The notes under the pieces: model-generated
Seen by the model: the letters and a program-made list of their open reading frames with translations, nothing else
Database searches by the model: none
What the model was told of the DNA's origin: nothing
NCBI GenBank assembly: GCA_026936335.1
Contig: JAPMXV010000062.1
Coordinates: forward strand, 62,001-126,000
Direction: 5' to 3'
Source: Mantamonas sphyraenae STR306
Lineage: Eukaryota > Protista > CRuMs
DNA length: 64,000 bases
Made by a program: the position numbers and the translations under genes
Shown: positions 1-12,850 of the stretch, piece after piece
Layout of the letters: every line of letters begins with the position of its first letter
Numbering within the stretch: the first letter of the stretch is position 1

Positions 1-110
1 GTGACTTTGTCAAAGTCCCGGGAAAGCGCCCCATGAACCCATGGCCCGTGTCCCCCCATGCCACCACAGCCCGCAAAACGATCGACCCCGCTGCTGACGC
101 AAACACACAG

Positions 111-2868
111 GGCGATGTCGTCAACGGCCGCCGCGAGGGCCGTGGGACGTACATCTACGGCACCATGTCACGGTACCGTGGCGACCGCTACGAAGGCGAA
201 TGGAAGGTGAGCACAAGGCAGTGCAGTGCCCGACGATGGCATTGGAGAGTACAGGAGCAGGGTGAAAATCCGTGTTCGGAGCGTGGAGCTGACCCACATG
301 CACGGCATGTGTCCTTCCATCACAGAACGACATGGCGCACGGGTACGGAGTGTACTATTCGGCCGATGGGAGTGTGTACGATGGCTTCTGGGAGGAAAAC
401 AAGCGACAGGGCCGCGGAAAAAAGCGGTGGGCAAATGGTGCGTTTCTGGCAGATCTTTGCGGGCGACAGACGACGATGGAGAGGGCCCAATCCACTGCTG
501 ACACCGCCACACGGCACATATGGACACACACACACACACCCATACGCACACGCGCGCATCAATCAGGGACGGAATACCAAGGAGAGTGGAAGAATGACCG
601 GCAGCACGGAGACGGGGTGATGACGTGGGAGAACGGCGACGAATACCGGGGCGAGTGGAAGAACAACAAGCAGCACGGCAAGGGACGCAAGGTGTGGAAG
701 GATGGCACAGTGTATGTTGGCGAATGGGTGATGGGAGACCGCGAAGGCAGGGGCAAGTACAGGTGGGGCGGAGCGTCGTCGTACAAGCAAGACGAGTACA
801 TGGGCGAGTGGAAGGGAGACGTGGCACATGGCGAGGGCACGTACCGTTCGTCAGATGGATCGTCGTACTCAGGCGGTTGGAAGCACAACATGCGTCATGG
901 GTTGGGCGAAGTGTGTCGCGCACGGGAGAACGCTATGTGGGTGAATGGGAAGGCGACAAGAAGCATGGCAAGGGCAAAAAGACATGGGTGGATGGCACTG
1001 TGTACGAGGGCATGTGGTGTCAGGGGATCAGGGAGGGCGAAGGCACCTATGTGTATGGCTCGGCGACAGACTTCCAGGGCGATGTGTACCAGGGAGGGTG
1101 GTGTGACGACAAGGCGCATGGATTTGGGGTGTACATTTCGGCAGACGGGAGCACGTATGAAGGCGAATGGGTGCAGAACAGGAGACACGGCCACGGGAAA
1201 AAGGTGAGCGTGTCGGGGGCCGTGTATGAGGGCGAGTGGGTGAACGACAAGGCCGAGGGCCACGGCACAAAGACATACACGTCGGGGGCCACGTATGAAG
1301 GCGAATGGCGAGGGGGCAAGCGACACGGCCAAGGCACGCTGGTGTTTAGCAACCAGGACGTGTACCACGGCGAGTTTGTGGACGATGCGGCCACGGGGCG
1401 TGGGGTGCTCACCAAGGGGGATGGCACCCTGTACGAAGGCGAGTTTGTGGACAGCAAGAAGCATGGCAAGGGGGTGGTATGTTTTCCAGACGGAACCGAG
1501 TATGAGGGCACGTGGAAGGAAAACCTGCGCCATGGCGAGGGCATCCTCACAGAGCCTGGGGGCAAGCGCTTCCGTGTTGCATTTGACCACGACCACGAGG
1601 TGGCACGCACCGAGGTGTCGCCTCGCAAGCACAACCAATCTGTGTCTGTGCAGGCACATTGGCGCCTAGGACAGCCATCGTCGTACAACGCCAGCGCAGG
1701 CAGTGGCAGCAGCAGCAGCAGCAGCAGCAGCACGACGAGCACGACGACGACGACCACCACCACCACGACTGAGGAGGAACGTGCCGAGGTGCAACGCATG
1801 TTGGACATCAAGTTGGGTCCGATGCGCAGGGAAGGAGCCTGGCTGGACAAGATGTTGGACGAGGTGGGAGAGTTGTCTGACGAAGACGAGGAGACCACGG
1901 GGATTCGGTATGGGACCGGGGCGGGGGCTGGTGTCCATGGTGAACGTGATGATGACAACGACGACGACGATGACGATGACGACGACGATGATTTTGATGA
2001 TGCCACTCTGGACGAACTGTTGCAAGATGTGAGCACAGAGGTGTCGCCCGGAGGAAGCTCATCGGACGTCAAAGCAAGCGCCCTGGAGCAGGGGTTGTGG
2101 GGCATGCACCGCAGCAACCGCAAAGAGGCTGGCAGCAGCAACAACACCCTCACGGCTCACAACATGTTTATGATGCAGAACGCAAACACCAACGCTTCTT
2201 CTTCGTCATCCTCGTTCTCTGCGTCGTCCTCATCCTCGGCACACTCGTCGTATCCTGAAACAAACACGACGACGACGACGACGACGACGTCCAGGAAGAC
2301 GTACAGTCCCGCAAGCACGTCCAACGGCAACGGCGACGACGTGCAAGATGATGCAAGCATGAAGTTGCTCAAGGTGTTGGTGGAGCTGGAGGACGGCAAG
2401 TCAGAGGTGGTCAAGGTGAAAGCAGACGGCGCCAACACACTGATGGCCACACTGTATGTGCGGTTGGGCCTCAGCGTGGCCACTCACTCATTCGACGTGT
2501 TTGACACAGACTTTCAGATGTTTGTGGTGCTCAACGAAGACTCATACGCCGATCTGGACGAGTCCAGCAAGGTGCGCGTGCGCGTCGTGCCCAAAAACCA
2601 GCCTGACATGGTGGACGTCTCGCTCCATGGGCCTGCACCGCAGGAGGATGACATCCCGCCTGCGTTTGTGTGTCCTATCACCCAAGACGTGATGGAGGAC
2701 CCCGTCGTGGCAGCCGATGGCCACACATACGAGCGACAAGCCATTCTGACCTGGCTTCGCGACCACGACTCGTCACCCATGACCAACCAGCGCATGGGAA
2801 GCCGCAACGTCATTCCAAACTTTGCCATGCGATCGCAAATTCAAGAGTGGTCGACAAAGTCGAACTGA
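111..2868 (+). CDS. MORN-repeat protein with beta-grasp/PB1-like domain and C-terminal U-box (putative E3 ligase); 5' end lies outside the window
   Basis: Many YxGxWxxxxxHGxG MORN repeats; C-terminal U-box (IPPAFVCPITQDVMEDPVVAADGHTYERQAI...SPMTN). GT-AG introns 207-325 and 438-566; 1-110 is the end of an upstream intron (CACAG). One missing base near 908 is needed to keep the 23-aa MORN spacing. Confidence 0.9.
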
Positions 2869-2897
2869 ACACGACGGAGTAAAACTGTGGTTTTTCA

Positions 2898-5800
2898 TCA
2901 TCCAAACAAATGCAGCACGGCGCGCGGGATGGTGGTGTTGCTCTTGCGCACATACTTGCGCAGTGGTTTGCGCAGATACGTGGCCTTGTGCAGCATGATA
3001 TCTTCCAGTTGTGGGCCGGGAAGCTGCAGGAGCACGGGGAAGGAATGCGGCTGCGTCAGACGGCAGCATCGGATGAATCCCGCCCACAGCTTCTCGTGCT
3101 TCCAAATCTTCTTGCCAATGAGACGCGAGAGGACAGTCATCATGAACTGTTTGATGTTGGGGAAGGTCTCGATGGCCACCATGCACGTGCGCACAAACAG
3201 CGGCGGGATTTCGCGCACCTCCAGCAGCTGCTGCAGCACCACTGCCATGACCTCCTGCTTGTACACGCTCTTGTAGGACAGCAGCAAACTCATCATGGAC
3301 ACGACGTCTTGCACACGCTGCGCACCCTCCTTTGTGCGCAGATCCATGGGCATCAGATGCAGCTGGATCATCAGCTGCGACGGCGAGACCGACGAGCCTG
3401 CCCCGAGCAGCCTCTCCACAGCCACCTTCAAGGCAGGGCCACGCAAGCGCACGAGCTCGGGCAGTTGCTCAAACACCTCGTCCCTGTTCAGCGCAGGCAG
3501 CACGTAGATGAGCAGGCGTGCGTCCTTGACCTTGTTGCGGTGCACCTCCTGAACCGTGCGCACCAAATCGCTGCTGGGCATCTTGTTTTCTGTCAGGATG
3601 CCCAGAATGGTCATCACCAACGACTCGCAGCCGCTCTCTACGCTTGCGATCAGCTGCAGGATGTGTTGCGACTCCATGCCCACCGTGCGCACCATCGGCC
3701 TCACCAGCTGCACAAACACACGCTTCACATACGGCGCTTCGATGTCTGCAAACACAGGCATGATGCGCTCCAGCAGCGACTGTTTCTTTGTGCACAACGC
3801 AAAGTACAGCGTCACCAACTGTGCCACCCGTGTCATTGTTTCCCGTTGCACGTCTTCCAGTGTGCGTGGCTTTTCCTGCTGCTCCTCTTCAGCTTCCCCT
3901 TCTGCCTCTTCCCCTGCTTCCCCTTCCTCGCCTTCGCCGCTGTCTTCCCCCTGCGCCTCATGCGCATCTTCGCCGTCCACTTCCATTCCCTCACCACTGC
4001 TAACAGGCTCCACTTTGGCCTCTGCCTTGGCTTCCTCCTTGGATTCCTCTTCCTCCGTTTCCATGGCGGAATCCTCCACCTGCTTCCCATCCCCTTTGCC
4101 ACCGTCGTCCTTTGCACCCTCCTCGGCCGCGCTCTCCACCACAGGCTCCTCAGGCTGCGGAATGTCCACCACCTTGAGCATCTGTGCGGCCGCGTACTCT
4201 TCGACACGCTGTGCATAGGGGCTGTCGCCGCCGTCGCCGAAAAGGAAATTGGCCACCAGTTGAATCGCTGTGTTGCGCACCACCTCGTGCTCGTGCGTGG
4301 CATACTCCAGCACCATGGCCAAACTGCGCTCGCTGCAAACAGAACGCTTCAGAATCAGCTCACGCAGGGTGGCCAGGCCGTGTGCCACACGCACCTCATC
4401 CCTGCAATAGCTGCGCAGAAACGCAAGCATTTCCATCGTCACTTCGGGCGCCTCTGTGTACACTTTGCTCAGCGCCTGCGATCCCATGTTTTGCTTACGC
4501 ATGCCCTCGAGCAAACGAGCCACAAGCACTCGGTATCGTCCAAGGCCATCCTTGTTCCACCATGTTTCCTTCGCCACCTCCTCCAGCTCCTGTGCACTGG
4601 GTCCCTGCTCGTGTTCCTCAGTGCCATCATTTCCCTCCTCATCCTCTTCCTCCTCTGCCGACTTTCCACGCCCGCGTCGTCGTCCCCTGCCGCGTCCTTT
4701 CGCAGTCTTTGCTTTTGCCTTTGCCTTGGACTTCCCTTTGCTGGACCCCGACTCCTCTGTGTCCATGCTCGACGACGCCGCAGGGTCATCGGCGCCACCA
4801 GACGCAGCCAGGACAGCTTCGTTCCAGGCCTCGACACCTCCGGCTGCATGCCGGTACGAATTCGTGTACTCCTGATACAGCCAGGCCATGGCCAGGGAGC
4901 GACGGTTGCTAAAGTCTTCCAGAATAAAGTCGAGAAGGCGTTGGTTCACGGGATGCTCCAGGGGACGCATGGAGGCCAGTCGAACCAGCGTGCCCACGCG
5001 CAACTTTGACTCGCCGCCCACACTCAGGCCCTCTTCGCTGCCCATGATGCGAGTCATTGTGCGTGCGCTCAAGTCTTCGTACAAGCACATGCTCATGCTG
5101 AGTTTGGGTCCTGCCTCAGCCTCCGCCTTCATCGCCGCAATACGCGCACGTTCTTCTCCGCCGCCTTCTCCTCCGCCGCTTTCCTCTTGGCCTCCTTTGC
5201 CGCCTCGTCTTCCTTGGCCTCCGCAGCCTGCTTTGCGGCACGTCGTTCCGCTGCCCGTCGCATGCGCAGGCGCGGGTCATCGATGTCGTCCTCTTCGTCG
5301 TCGCCGTCGCCGTCGCCCTCCTTCTCCTCGTCGTCGTCGTCGCCATCAGCACCTGCGGCGCCGCTGCCGCTCGCCCCCTTTAGGTTGGCCAGATTGTCGA
5401 TGTTGGCCATCACCAGATCGGCAATGACATGGGCCGGCAGCTTGCGCCAATCGAAATTGTACAGCGGCGTGCCTTCGATGCGTGGATCCAACGACGGAGG
5501 CAACTGGATGTCGCCGGGTTGTGGCACCCACAGTTTGCCCGAGCCCCGTGCCTCCATGCGTCGTCGCTTCTCCTCGTTCTCCTCATCCTCGTCGTCGTCT
5601 TCGTCCCCGTCATCGCCCACGCCAGCACCGGCCCCTGTGCTGCGGCGTCGCTTGCGCATGTCGTACGGATGCGTGAGTTGCACTTGCGACAGGGCACGGT
5701 GTGCCTGGTCTGCTGCGTTCAGTTCCACACACAGATCCACAAGCTCCCGTCGAAACGGCCCCGTCTTGCCTGTGGGCAGCTTCAGACACGCCAGAAACAT

Positions 5801-6922
5801 CTGCTTGAACGACGTGCGCATGCTCTTCAACTGGCCCGCTTTGATGGACGCATCCTGCGTCAGGCGTCTGTACAGGGCAAGGACGGCTGGGAGAACGAGC
5901 GGGATGCGGCCCATGCGCGTGCGCATGATGTTGCCCAGGGCATTCAACACCACCGAACGGGTGTTCATGGGCACATCTGCACGTTCACCGTATGCCAGCA
6001 GACGTTTGATGTACTCTTCACCCTCGGCGGCCAGTGCGTTGGCCGAAAGAAAGGAGTGAAACGGGGGAATCAACCCCAGGTTGAAGGCACTGCCTGCGCC
6101 ACTCTCACTCTCGCTGTTGGCAAACGAATAGCACAGCACCAGCGTTTCGATAAACTTCACAGCCTGCAGTCGCACACCGGGGTTGCTCGAGTCGAGCTGG
6201 CTCGCGCATTTTTCACTCAGCGCCTGCACGTGTTCAAACAGCTCTGTGGCCTCGTCTGCATTCCGTGTGCCCGTCCCGCTGCACCTGTGCTCTCGCACAC
6301 GGTCATACACACACACCGCTTGCCATGTCAGCACATGTTCACTTGGGGATCTGGGCATGGCGGAGCTCGGCCGAAGCCGCAGCAGCACGTCAAACCTCGC
6401 GCCCACACTTACAGCGCCTGCAGAGCCTTCTTCAGCACGGTACCGCACACCATGACGGCCTTTTTCACCACCTGCAGATTGCCGTCGGCCAGAAGCATGG
6501 GCATGACACTGGCCACGGGCAGGATGACTGTGGGTGCAGGTGTGGGAGGGCAAGGAGGGCCGAGCGAGACGGAACACGCGCACGCAAAGGGAGCATCGAG
6601 GCTGTTGTCAGCGATGCGCACACATGGGGTCCAGATACACCACACACACACACACACGGCAGGCCATGGATCCTACGGAAGCCACTCTGTGCAACTTACA
6701 TGTGTCCCTGCTCTTGGCAATGGCGTCCAGGAGCTCGAGGAGTGCCTTGCGCACCTTTGCGTTGCGCTCGGTAACCAGTTCGGTGACGCTGGTCATGTGT
6801 TCGTCCAGCAATTCGGGGCTTTGGAACACCAGCAACTCCCGCAGCTGGTTCATGGCCGCCACCTTGTCTTCGTTGTCGTCAGACAACTTGACGCGATTGA
6901 TGAGGTCCACCGGCTCCTGCAT
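2898..6922 (-). CDS. SYMPK: Symplekin (3'-end processing scaffold)
   Basis: N-terminal HEAT region (VRLQAVKFIETLVL) and Symplekin_C (IPPLFVRTCMVAIETFP...LWAGFIRCC...PHSFPVLLQLP). Two GTAAGT introns near 6290-6410 and 6528-6699. One-base frameshift near 5155 joins ORFs 5129-6583 and 2898-5132. Confidence 0.92.
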
Positions 6923-7136
6923 CGTCGTTGCTGTGGCCAAACCCACGCACCATGGCATCAGGTAAACCATGCAAACCTGTACCCATGCATCCTCTCTTCC
7001 ACAATGTGGTGCCTATGTGGCCTCCAGCTTGTCCCTGTGCGATGCAGGGACGATGAGACGGCTGCGGCCCGCCGAAGACCGGGAGTGGCTTGGGTTCGAT
7101 GCGCCCCATGGCCCAAGTCGGGCAATCTATCGGTTC

Positions 7137-10100
7137 ATGAGTTTGGTGGACGAGGTGATCGATGTAAGTGTGCTGCGACGGACCACAGATGCCGCTGGGA
7201 GGCGGTGCGTGCGGTGTTTGAGGCGTGCCCCTGCGTTCAAGATCGGCAGGCGACACGCGTGCAAGAACCCCTGCCAGCGCCTCCGCGGAAAATGTTTCTG
7301 GCTTGTGTGTGTGTCTCCATCCCCTTTCGACGATGGGTGTGCGTGCGTATCGCTGACAAAGCGTGTGTGGGGTCGTTCCACGGGGGCGGACCATTCCGGA
7401 CTTTTGCACAGGCGTTGGCCGACTTTCACGAGACCGGCAACGATGAATGGCTGGTCGAGTTCCAGACTCGTAGCGAGGCCTGGGATGTGGCCATCGAGCT
7501 GGTGGAAAGCAGCCGCGATCAGCGCTATCAATACTTTGGCGCCTCCACGCTGCTGGTCAAACTGCAGAAGGAATGGAGTTCGCTGGAAGAGGACGACCAA
7601 GAAGAAATGCGCCACGGTAGGTCCAGCGAGGCCCCATGCGGGCTGTCCAACACCCGCACATGCACACACACACTGACAACCATCGTGCCATGGCGTGCAC
7701 GTGTGTCCCTGCCCCGCACCACAGGATTGCTGGGCCTGCTTGCAGAATGTACGTTCGCAGGCCCGGAATACGTCGTTGTTGCGTGTCTGTGCCAGTGTTT
7801 GGCCGCCGTGGCAGTACACACGGTGCCGCAAGAGTGGCCAGAGGCTATTGACGACGTGATGGAAGGTTTGGCATTGGCAGAAGCATTCAATGCGCCGAAG
7901 GAACACGCACACGGAGAGGCCGTGCTGGGATTCCACACAATGGTTGCGCTGGAGTTTCTCAGTGCCCTGGCACAGGCAGTGGATCGGAGTCACATCAGCC
8001 ACACGCGCAGGAGACAAATTGTAACGGTGCTGCAACGAGAGCACACGCGCGTGTTTGCGTTCATCACACAGGTGTTGGAACACGTGCAGGACGAGTGCGC
8101 GCACTTGGAGGGCGTCCTGGACGCTGACGAGAGCGGCGATACATTCCACGGCGGCTCGCCGGGGCAGAGGCGATCGCAGGGGGCCCATCGACATGGCGCC
8201 GCCGCCGCAGCAGGTACTCCCGAAGTGGCAATGCACATTGGCGCCGTTGCGCTGGAATGTTTGGACGTGTGGCTGGACCAGCTTGATTTGTTGCGCATCA
8301 CCGACTTTGAGCCGCAGCAGGGCCTGTGGACGTGTGTATTTGAGCTGGTGCGGGTGCCCAGGCTGCGTCCGGCGTCCGTTTCCGCACTGTGCAACATTTT
8401 GGGACGCAACTCGGACGCAAGTGTGAACAGCAACATGACACGCCTGGTGGTGGACCAACTTATGGATGTGTTGATGTGGTTCCGCAGCGAGGCGGATGAG
8501 AGCCATTGGCAGGACGAAGAGACGGTGATCCACCTGGTGAGCGAAGAGGAACACTGTGCGGACATGCCCACCGCCATCATGTTGGTGCAACTGCTCAACG
8601 AGACCTTCAAGGGCAACCACCACCTGGTGGTGAACTACCTGGGGGCAGGGGAAGCCGCAAACGCGGACGACGGGGACGAGGAGGAAGAACACGCACGCAC
8701 ACGGGGCAGCAAGGAAGAGTACAGACTGGTGGAGGCCGCAAACGACCTGTGGAACACAGTGGTGACAACGGTGGACTTGGCGCCCATCAGCTGTGCCTCC
8801 AACTGCCTGGACACCCTGTTTGACTTTCTGCTGGACGTGAGCGAAAACCACGAGGACAACCCCGAGGTGCTGGAGCGACACATGGCCAGCTGGGAACAGC
8901 TCCTGGAGGTGCTTGTGTTGCGTGCCACATACCCGTCCGAATGTAGGCCGGGGGCGTCGCGGTGCGAGCTGCTCTGGAGCGACGCACGAGACGAGGTGGA
9001 GTTTGGCAACCTTCGAGACCAAATTTCCGGGGTGCTGGGCCAACTGCTGCTGCTGATGGGCACCCACTGCCTGGAGTATCTGCACCGCGCACTGGAGCGA
9101 GCGTGTGCGTCGTTGGATCTGCCCACACTGGAGGCGCTGATGTTTGCACTTGCGTGCGTGGCGGAAAGCGTGCCTGCGGCGCAGCTGCGAGACGAGGACA
9201 GCGTGGCACTGGCCACGCTGAACTTGCTACTGGACACACTGGTGCATCACGTGGACGAAAATAGCCCCGTGTATGTTGTAGAGACGGCGTTGCGCACGGT
9301 GGAAACCTGCAGCCACTGGGCGAGCTCGGGAGAGTGTTGCGACACCACGTGGGTGCAGGCTGCCTTTTCATTTGTGCACACGGCCATACGGACACACCCG
9401 ACGGCGGACAAGATGGGCACGCATGCGTTTGCCTCGCTGGTGACGCACTGTGCAGAGGTGGTGATCGCCATGGCCGACGATCTGGTGGACAGAATGACCA
9501 CCCTGGACGTGGTTGGCACACCGAGCAGCAGTAGTGCCAAGATTGCATGCATGCGTGGCATGGCCGTGGTGCTGGCCACCCTGGCTATGGACGATCCGGC
9601 GTCCAGCGAATCGCTCACGCAGGGAGTGTGCGAAATGTTCCGCGACAACATCGACAGTTGTCTGATGATGCTGGAGGAGGTGCAACGGGACAGTGGAGCA
9701 GCTGGCGAAAGGGTGCCCTACAGTGATGTGCGTGAGCTGGACGTGGAGTTGCGAGCGTTGGGTGCTTTTGTGCAGCACTTTGAACACCCAGAGGCCAGCG
9801 GAGAGGAGGCGCCTCCAGAGGCAGTGTTGCATGCGGCTGAACTGTTGCTGTCGTACACAGATGTGCTGGTGCGGGTGATGGACCACTGCACGTGTCCGCG
9901 GCTGATGCAGTCGTGGTGTGCCTCGCTGAGTCACATGGTGGGTACCACACGCTTGTTGTTGGACACAGATACCCTTCTGGAGGTGTTGGAAGTCATGGGC
10001 GAGTGCTTTGAACACCACGGCCACGCGTGCTGCCTGGACACTCAACTCCAGATCTTTCTCTTTTCTGGCGACGACGACGACGTCATCCTTGAACACTGTG

Positions 10101-10789
10101 CACAGGCGGTGTCGTCTGCCACGCAGGTGTTGCACACTCGCATTGTGGAGGAGCACACACAGGCAGAACTGGACCCGGAGCTGATGCTGGCCTACTTTGC
10201 CATGCTGAAGAACATGACCAAGCGCAACCCAGACGTGGTGCTGGGCATGTGGGAACTGAACGCCCTCATGGAAGTCGTGCTTGTGTGTCTCGATGCCACC
10301 CTGGACAAAAAGGTGGCGACGGCCCTGTTGCAAACCCTGCTCCTCCTCCTCGGCGGTCCCATGGCCACCATGATGAATCCACAGGGACAAGATCGCAAGC
10401 GGGTGGAGGAATCGATCGATGAACACGTCGACCGCTTCCCAGAGGCTCTGGTGGAATGTCTGGAGCAGTACGGAGGCGAGTTGGTTTCTCGCCTGGTGCT
10501 GGGTGTGTGTGTGCAATTTCCCTCGCACATGCTTGTTTACTCCATCGACCTGTTGCATCTGCTCCTGCGTGTGTTTATCCCCGAGTTTCCTGACATGCAG
10601 GCGAGCCTGCAGGACTCCCTCAACGATGAGGTGCTCAATCTCGACGCAGACGACGTGCGCACCATCCTCGCCTCCATGAACGACCTCGTAGGCAGCAAAC
10701 GTCGCTTCAGGGCTCTCATGAAGGATGTGGCCGGGATATGTCGCGGCGAAAACACCGCAGACACCCTCCTTGCCTTTGCCGGCTTGTGA
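7137..10789 (+). CDS. IPO13: Importin-beta family karyopherin, importin-13/transportin-3-like
   Basis: IBN_N-like WLVEFQTRSEAWDVA...QYFGASTLLVKLQKEW; C-terminus KRRFRALMKDVAGICRG resembles IPO13. Exon 1 MSLVDEVID, then GTAAGT intron ~7164-7411 and a second intron ~7617-7724. Confidence 0.75.
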
Positions 10790-10822
10790 GAGGACACGGT
10801 GCATTTTGACCGACGACCTACT

Positions 10823-12766
10823 TCATGGCGACGACGACGTTGGGGGTGTGAGGAAGCACAACCAGGTGGGCCAGTGTTCCTGGCGACTGTGTTGGCTAAT
10901 CTTGACGGGGGCGTCATTTTTGGAATCGACGTCTGCGTTGGCGCTGTTTGCGTCCCAATCGCCCAACTGAACATCGGCTTCCGTCCAGCCCAGCGACGTG
11001 GCAATCTCCTGTACAGCTGTCACGTAGCCCTGGGCTTGATCCTTGCTGACCTCGAGCATAAAGCGCGCTGTTTCGGTCACCACCACTGACCCCTGCTCGT
11101 CCAGCACATTGACCAGGGGGCCCGCTTCGATGCCACCCTGGTTTGCACCTTCCTTGCGCAGGAGATGAGCGGCTGTGTTGGACAGATAGGCCATCTGCTG
11201 TGTGCCTGCATGCTTCTTCTTGCCAAACATGTTTTTGTCCAGCTCCTCTGCCACAAAGCAGATGCGCACATGTTTCACCACTCGCGCAAGCCACTCTCCG
11301 CCATCCTTCCACCATTGCTCATCGCTTTCCTCTGCGTCGTCCGATGGTGAGGATGAGGACGAGGAGGCGTCTTCATCGCTCGATCGCACTTTTTTGTCGT
11401 TTCGTGGCGTTCCCCAGCCACTCTCGAGCCACTGGGACATTGTGTACCGCTTGCCTGTGTACAATTCGTACAATTGGGCCATGAGGTTGTACTCGGCGAC
11501 GTGGTTCTGGTTGTAGCGGTGGCGTTCGCTGGCAAATTGGAACCAGTCCCGCTCCTCGCTGTGGACGCCGTACGCGACGAAAGGACTGTTGACCACGTCT
11601 GCCCAGTAGCCACGCACACTGACCGACGTTTGTGTGCGCTTGCTCTTGCCCTCGGCACGCGACAGGAGACTGCGATTGGGAGCCGAGTAGTCCGAATTGG
11701 GCACCTCGTATGCCAGGCCACGTTCCCTCCACTCGTGGAACCACTTGTCCAACACAATGGATGCGTGCGGTTGCAAACGCATGGCGTAGTCCCAGTCAAT
11801 CAGGTTGCTGCGGTGGTCGTATCGTTCCGCATACAGCGAGCGCAGACGTTGATCGCGTGCCTCCACCATGTCAAACTGCTTGCTGGTGCGCCAGCTCTGA
11901 AATATGGTTTGCAGGTCGTCCAGCTGCCTGTAGCGCAGTGTCGACACGTCCAGCAGATCTCGAAGGCGACAGCCGTCTTCCTCCGTCACCAGGCTGCCAT
12001 CCGTGTGAGTGGGTGAGACAGCGTGGCTGTTTATGGAAGCATTGAAGGATAGGGAGGGAGGGAGGGAGTGTGTGCGTGTGTGTTGTGACTCACTTGATCA
12101 GTTCGTCGTGTGCCACGCGGTCAAGGTACTCCTCCACCTGCGGACGCAGCAACGAGTTGCCAAACAGCTCCAAGAAGGTGTACACTCGCTCTGTGTGTGG
12201 TTGCATTGTGTCATGGTTGTTGATCCATACCCAATGTGTGTGTGTGTGTGAGCGTGTGCATGTGCGAGAAGGGGAACCGTTTGTGATCGTTGGACGCGGG
12301 AAACGCACCCTCAGGCCCCAACGAATCGTCTGTGGCCACATGAAGCAGCATGAGATGACGTGCAATGTTCTCCAGCTGCGTCTCTGCCACTGTAATCTGC
12401 ATTCAAACGCGGCGTGGGACCGGGAACCCAGTGTCAGTGGGCTGTGTGACGCGTGCCGTGCAAGATCACGCCCTTAAAAATCCGCCTTACCGTGATCCGT
12501 TCGGCTTTGTCGTCTTCCAGATCCATGTGCCGACCCAACTGAGCAAGGGTGCGCAACAAATGGCGTGGATCGCTGCTGTTGACCACAACGATGTGTGTGG
12601 GCAGGTCTGCATTGTCATTGTTGTCGCTGCTGTTGTTGCTGCTGCTGCTGCTGCTCCCGCTCCCACTGCCTTGTTCCAAACTTGCGCTCTTTGCCTTGTT
12701 CCACACATCCAACAAATCCAACGCTGGGCTGTTGCCCCACATGCTGATGTTCCCCGTTCCACTCAT
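10823..12766 (-). CDS. DNAAF3: Dynein axonemal assembly factor 3 (PF22)
   Basis: Motifs WGNSPALDL, DPRHLLRT, FLELFGNSLLR, RLRSLYAERYDHRSNLIDWDY and RGYWADVVNSPF; three GT-AG introns splice in frame. Confidence 0.92.
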
Positions 12767-12850
12767 TTTGGGCAGGTTTGCGTCGAGTGGCGCAACTCTT
12801 CCGCTTGGAGCCTCTCCGCCTCGGCCGACGACCGCATCCCACTTCCCACA

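Noticed and set aside
5429-7136. 1786-aa ORF 5429-10789 as one giant protein
   Set aside because: The first ~570 codons are the antisense shadow of symplekin. The real importin starts at 7137, and the ORF reads through stop-free introns.
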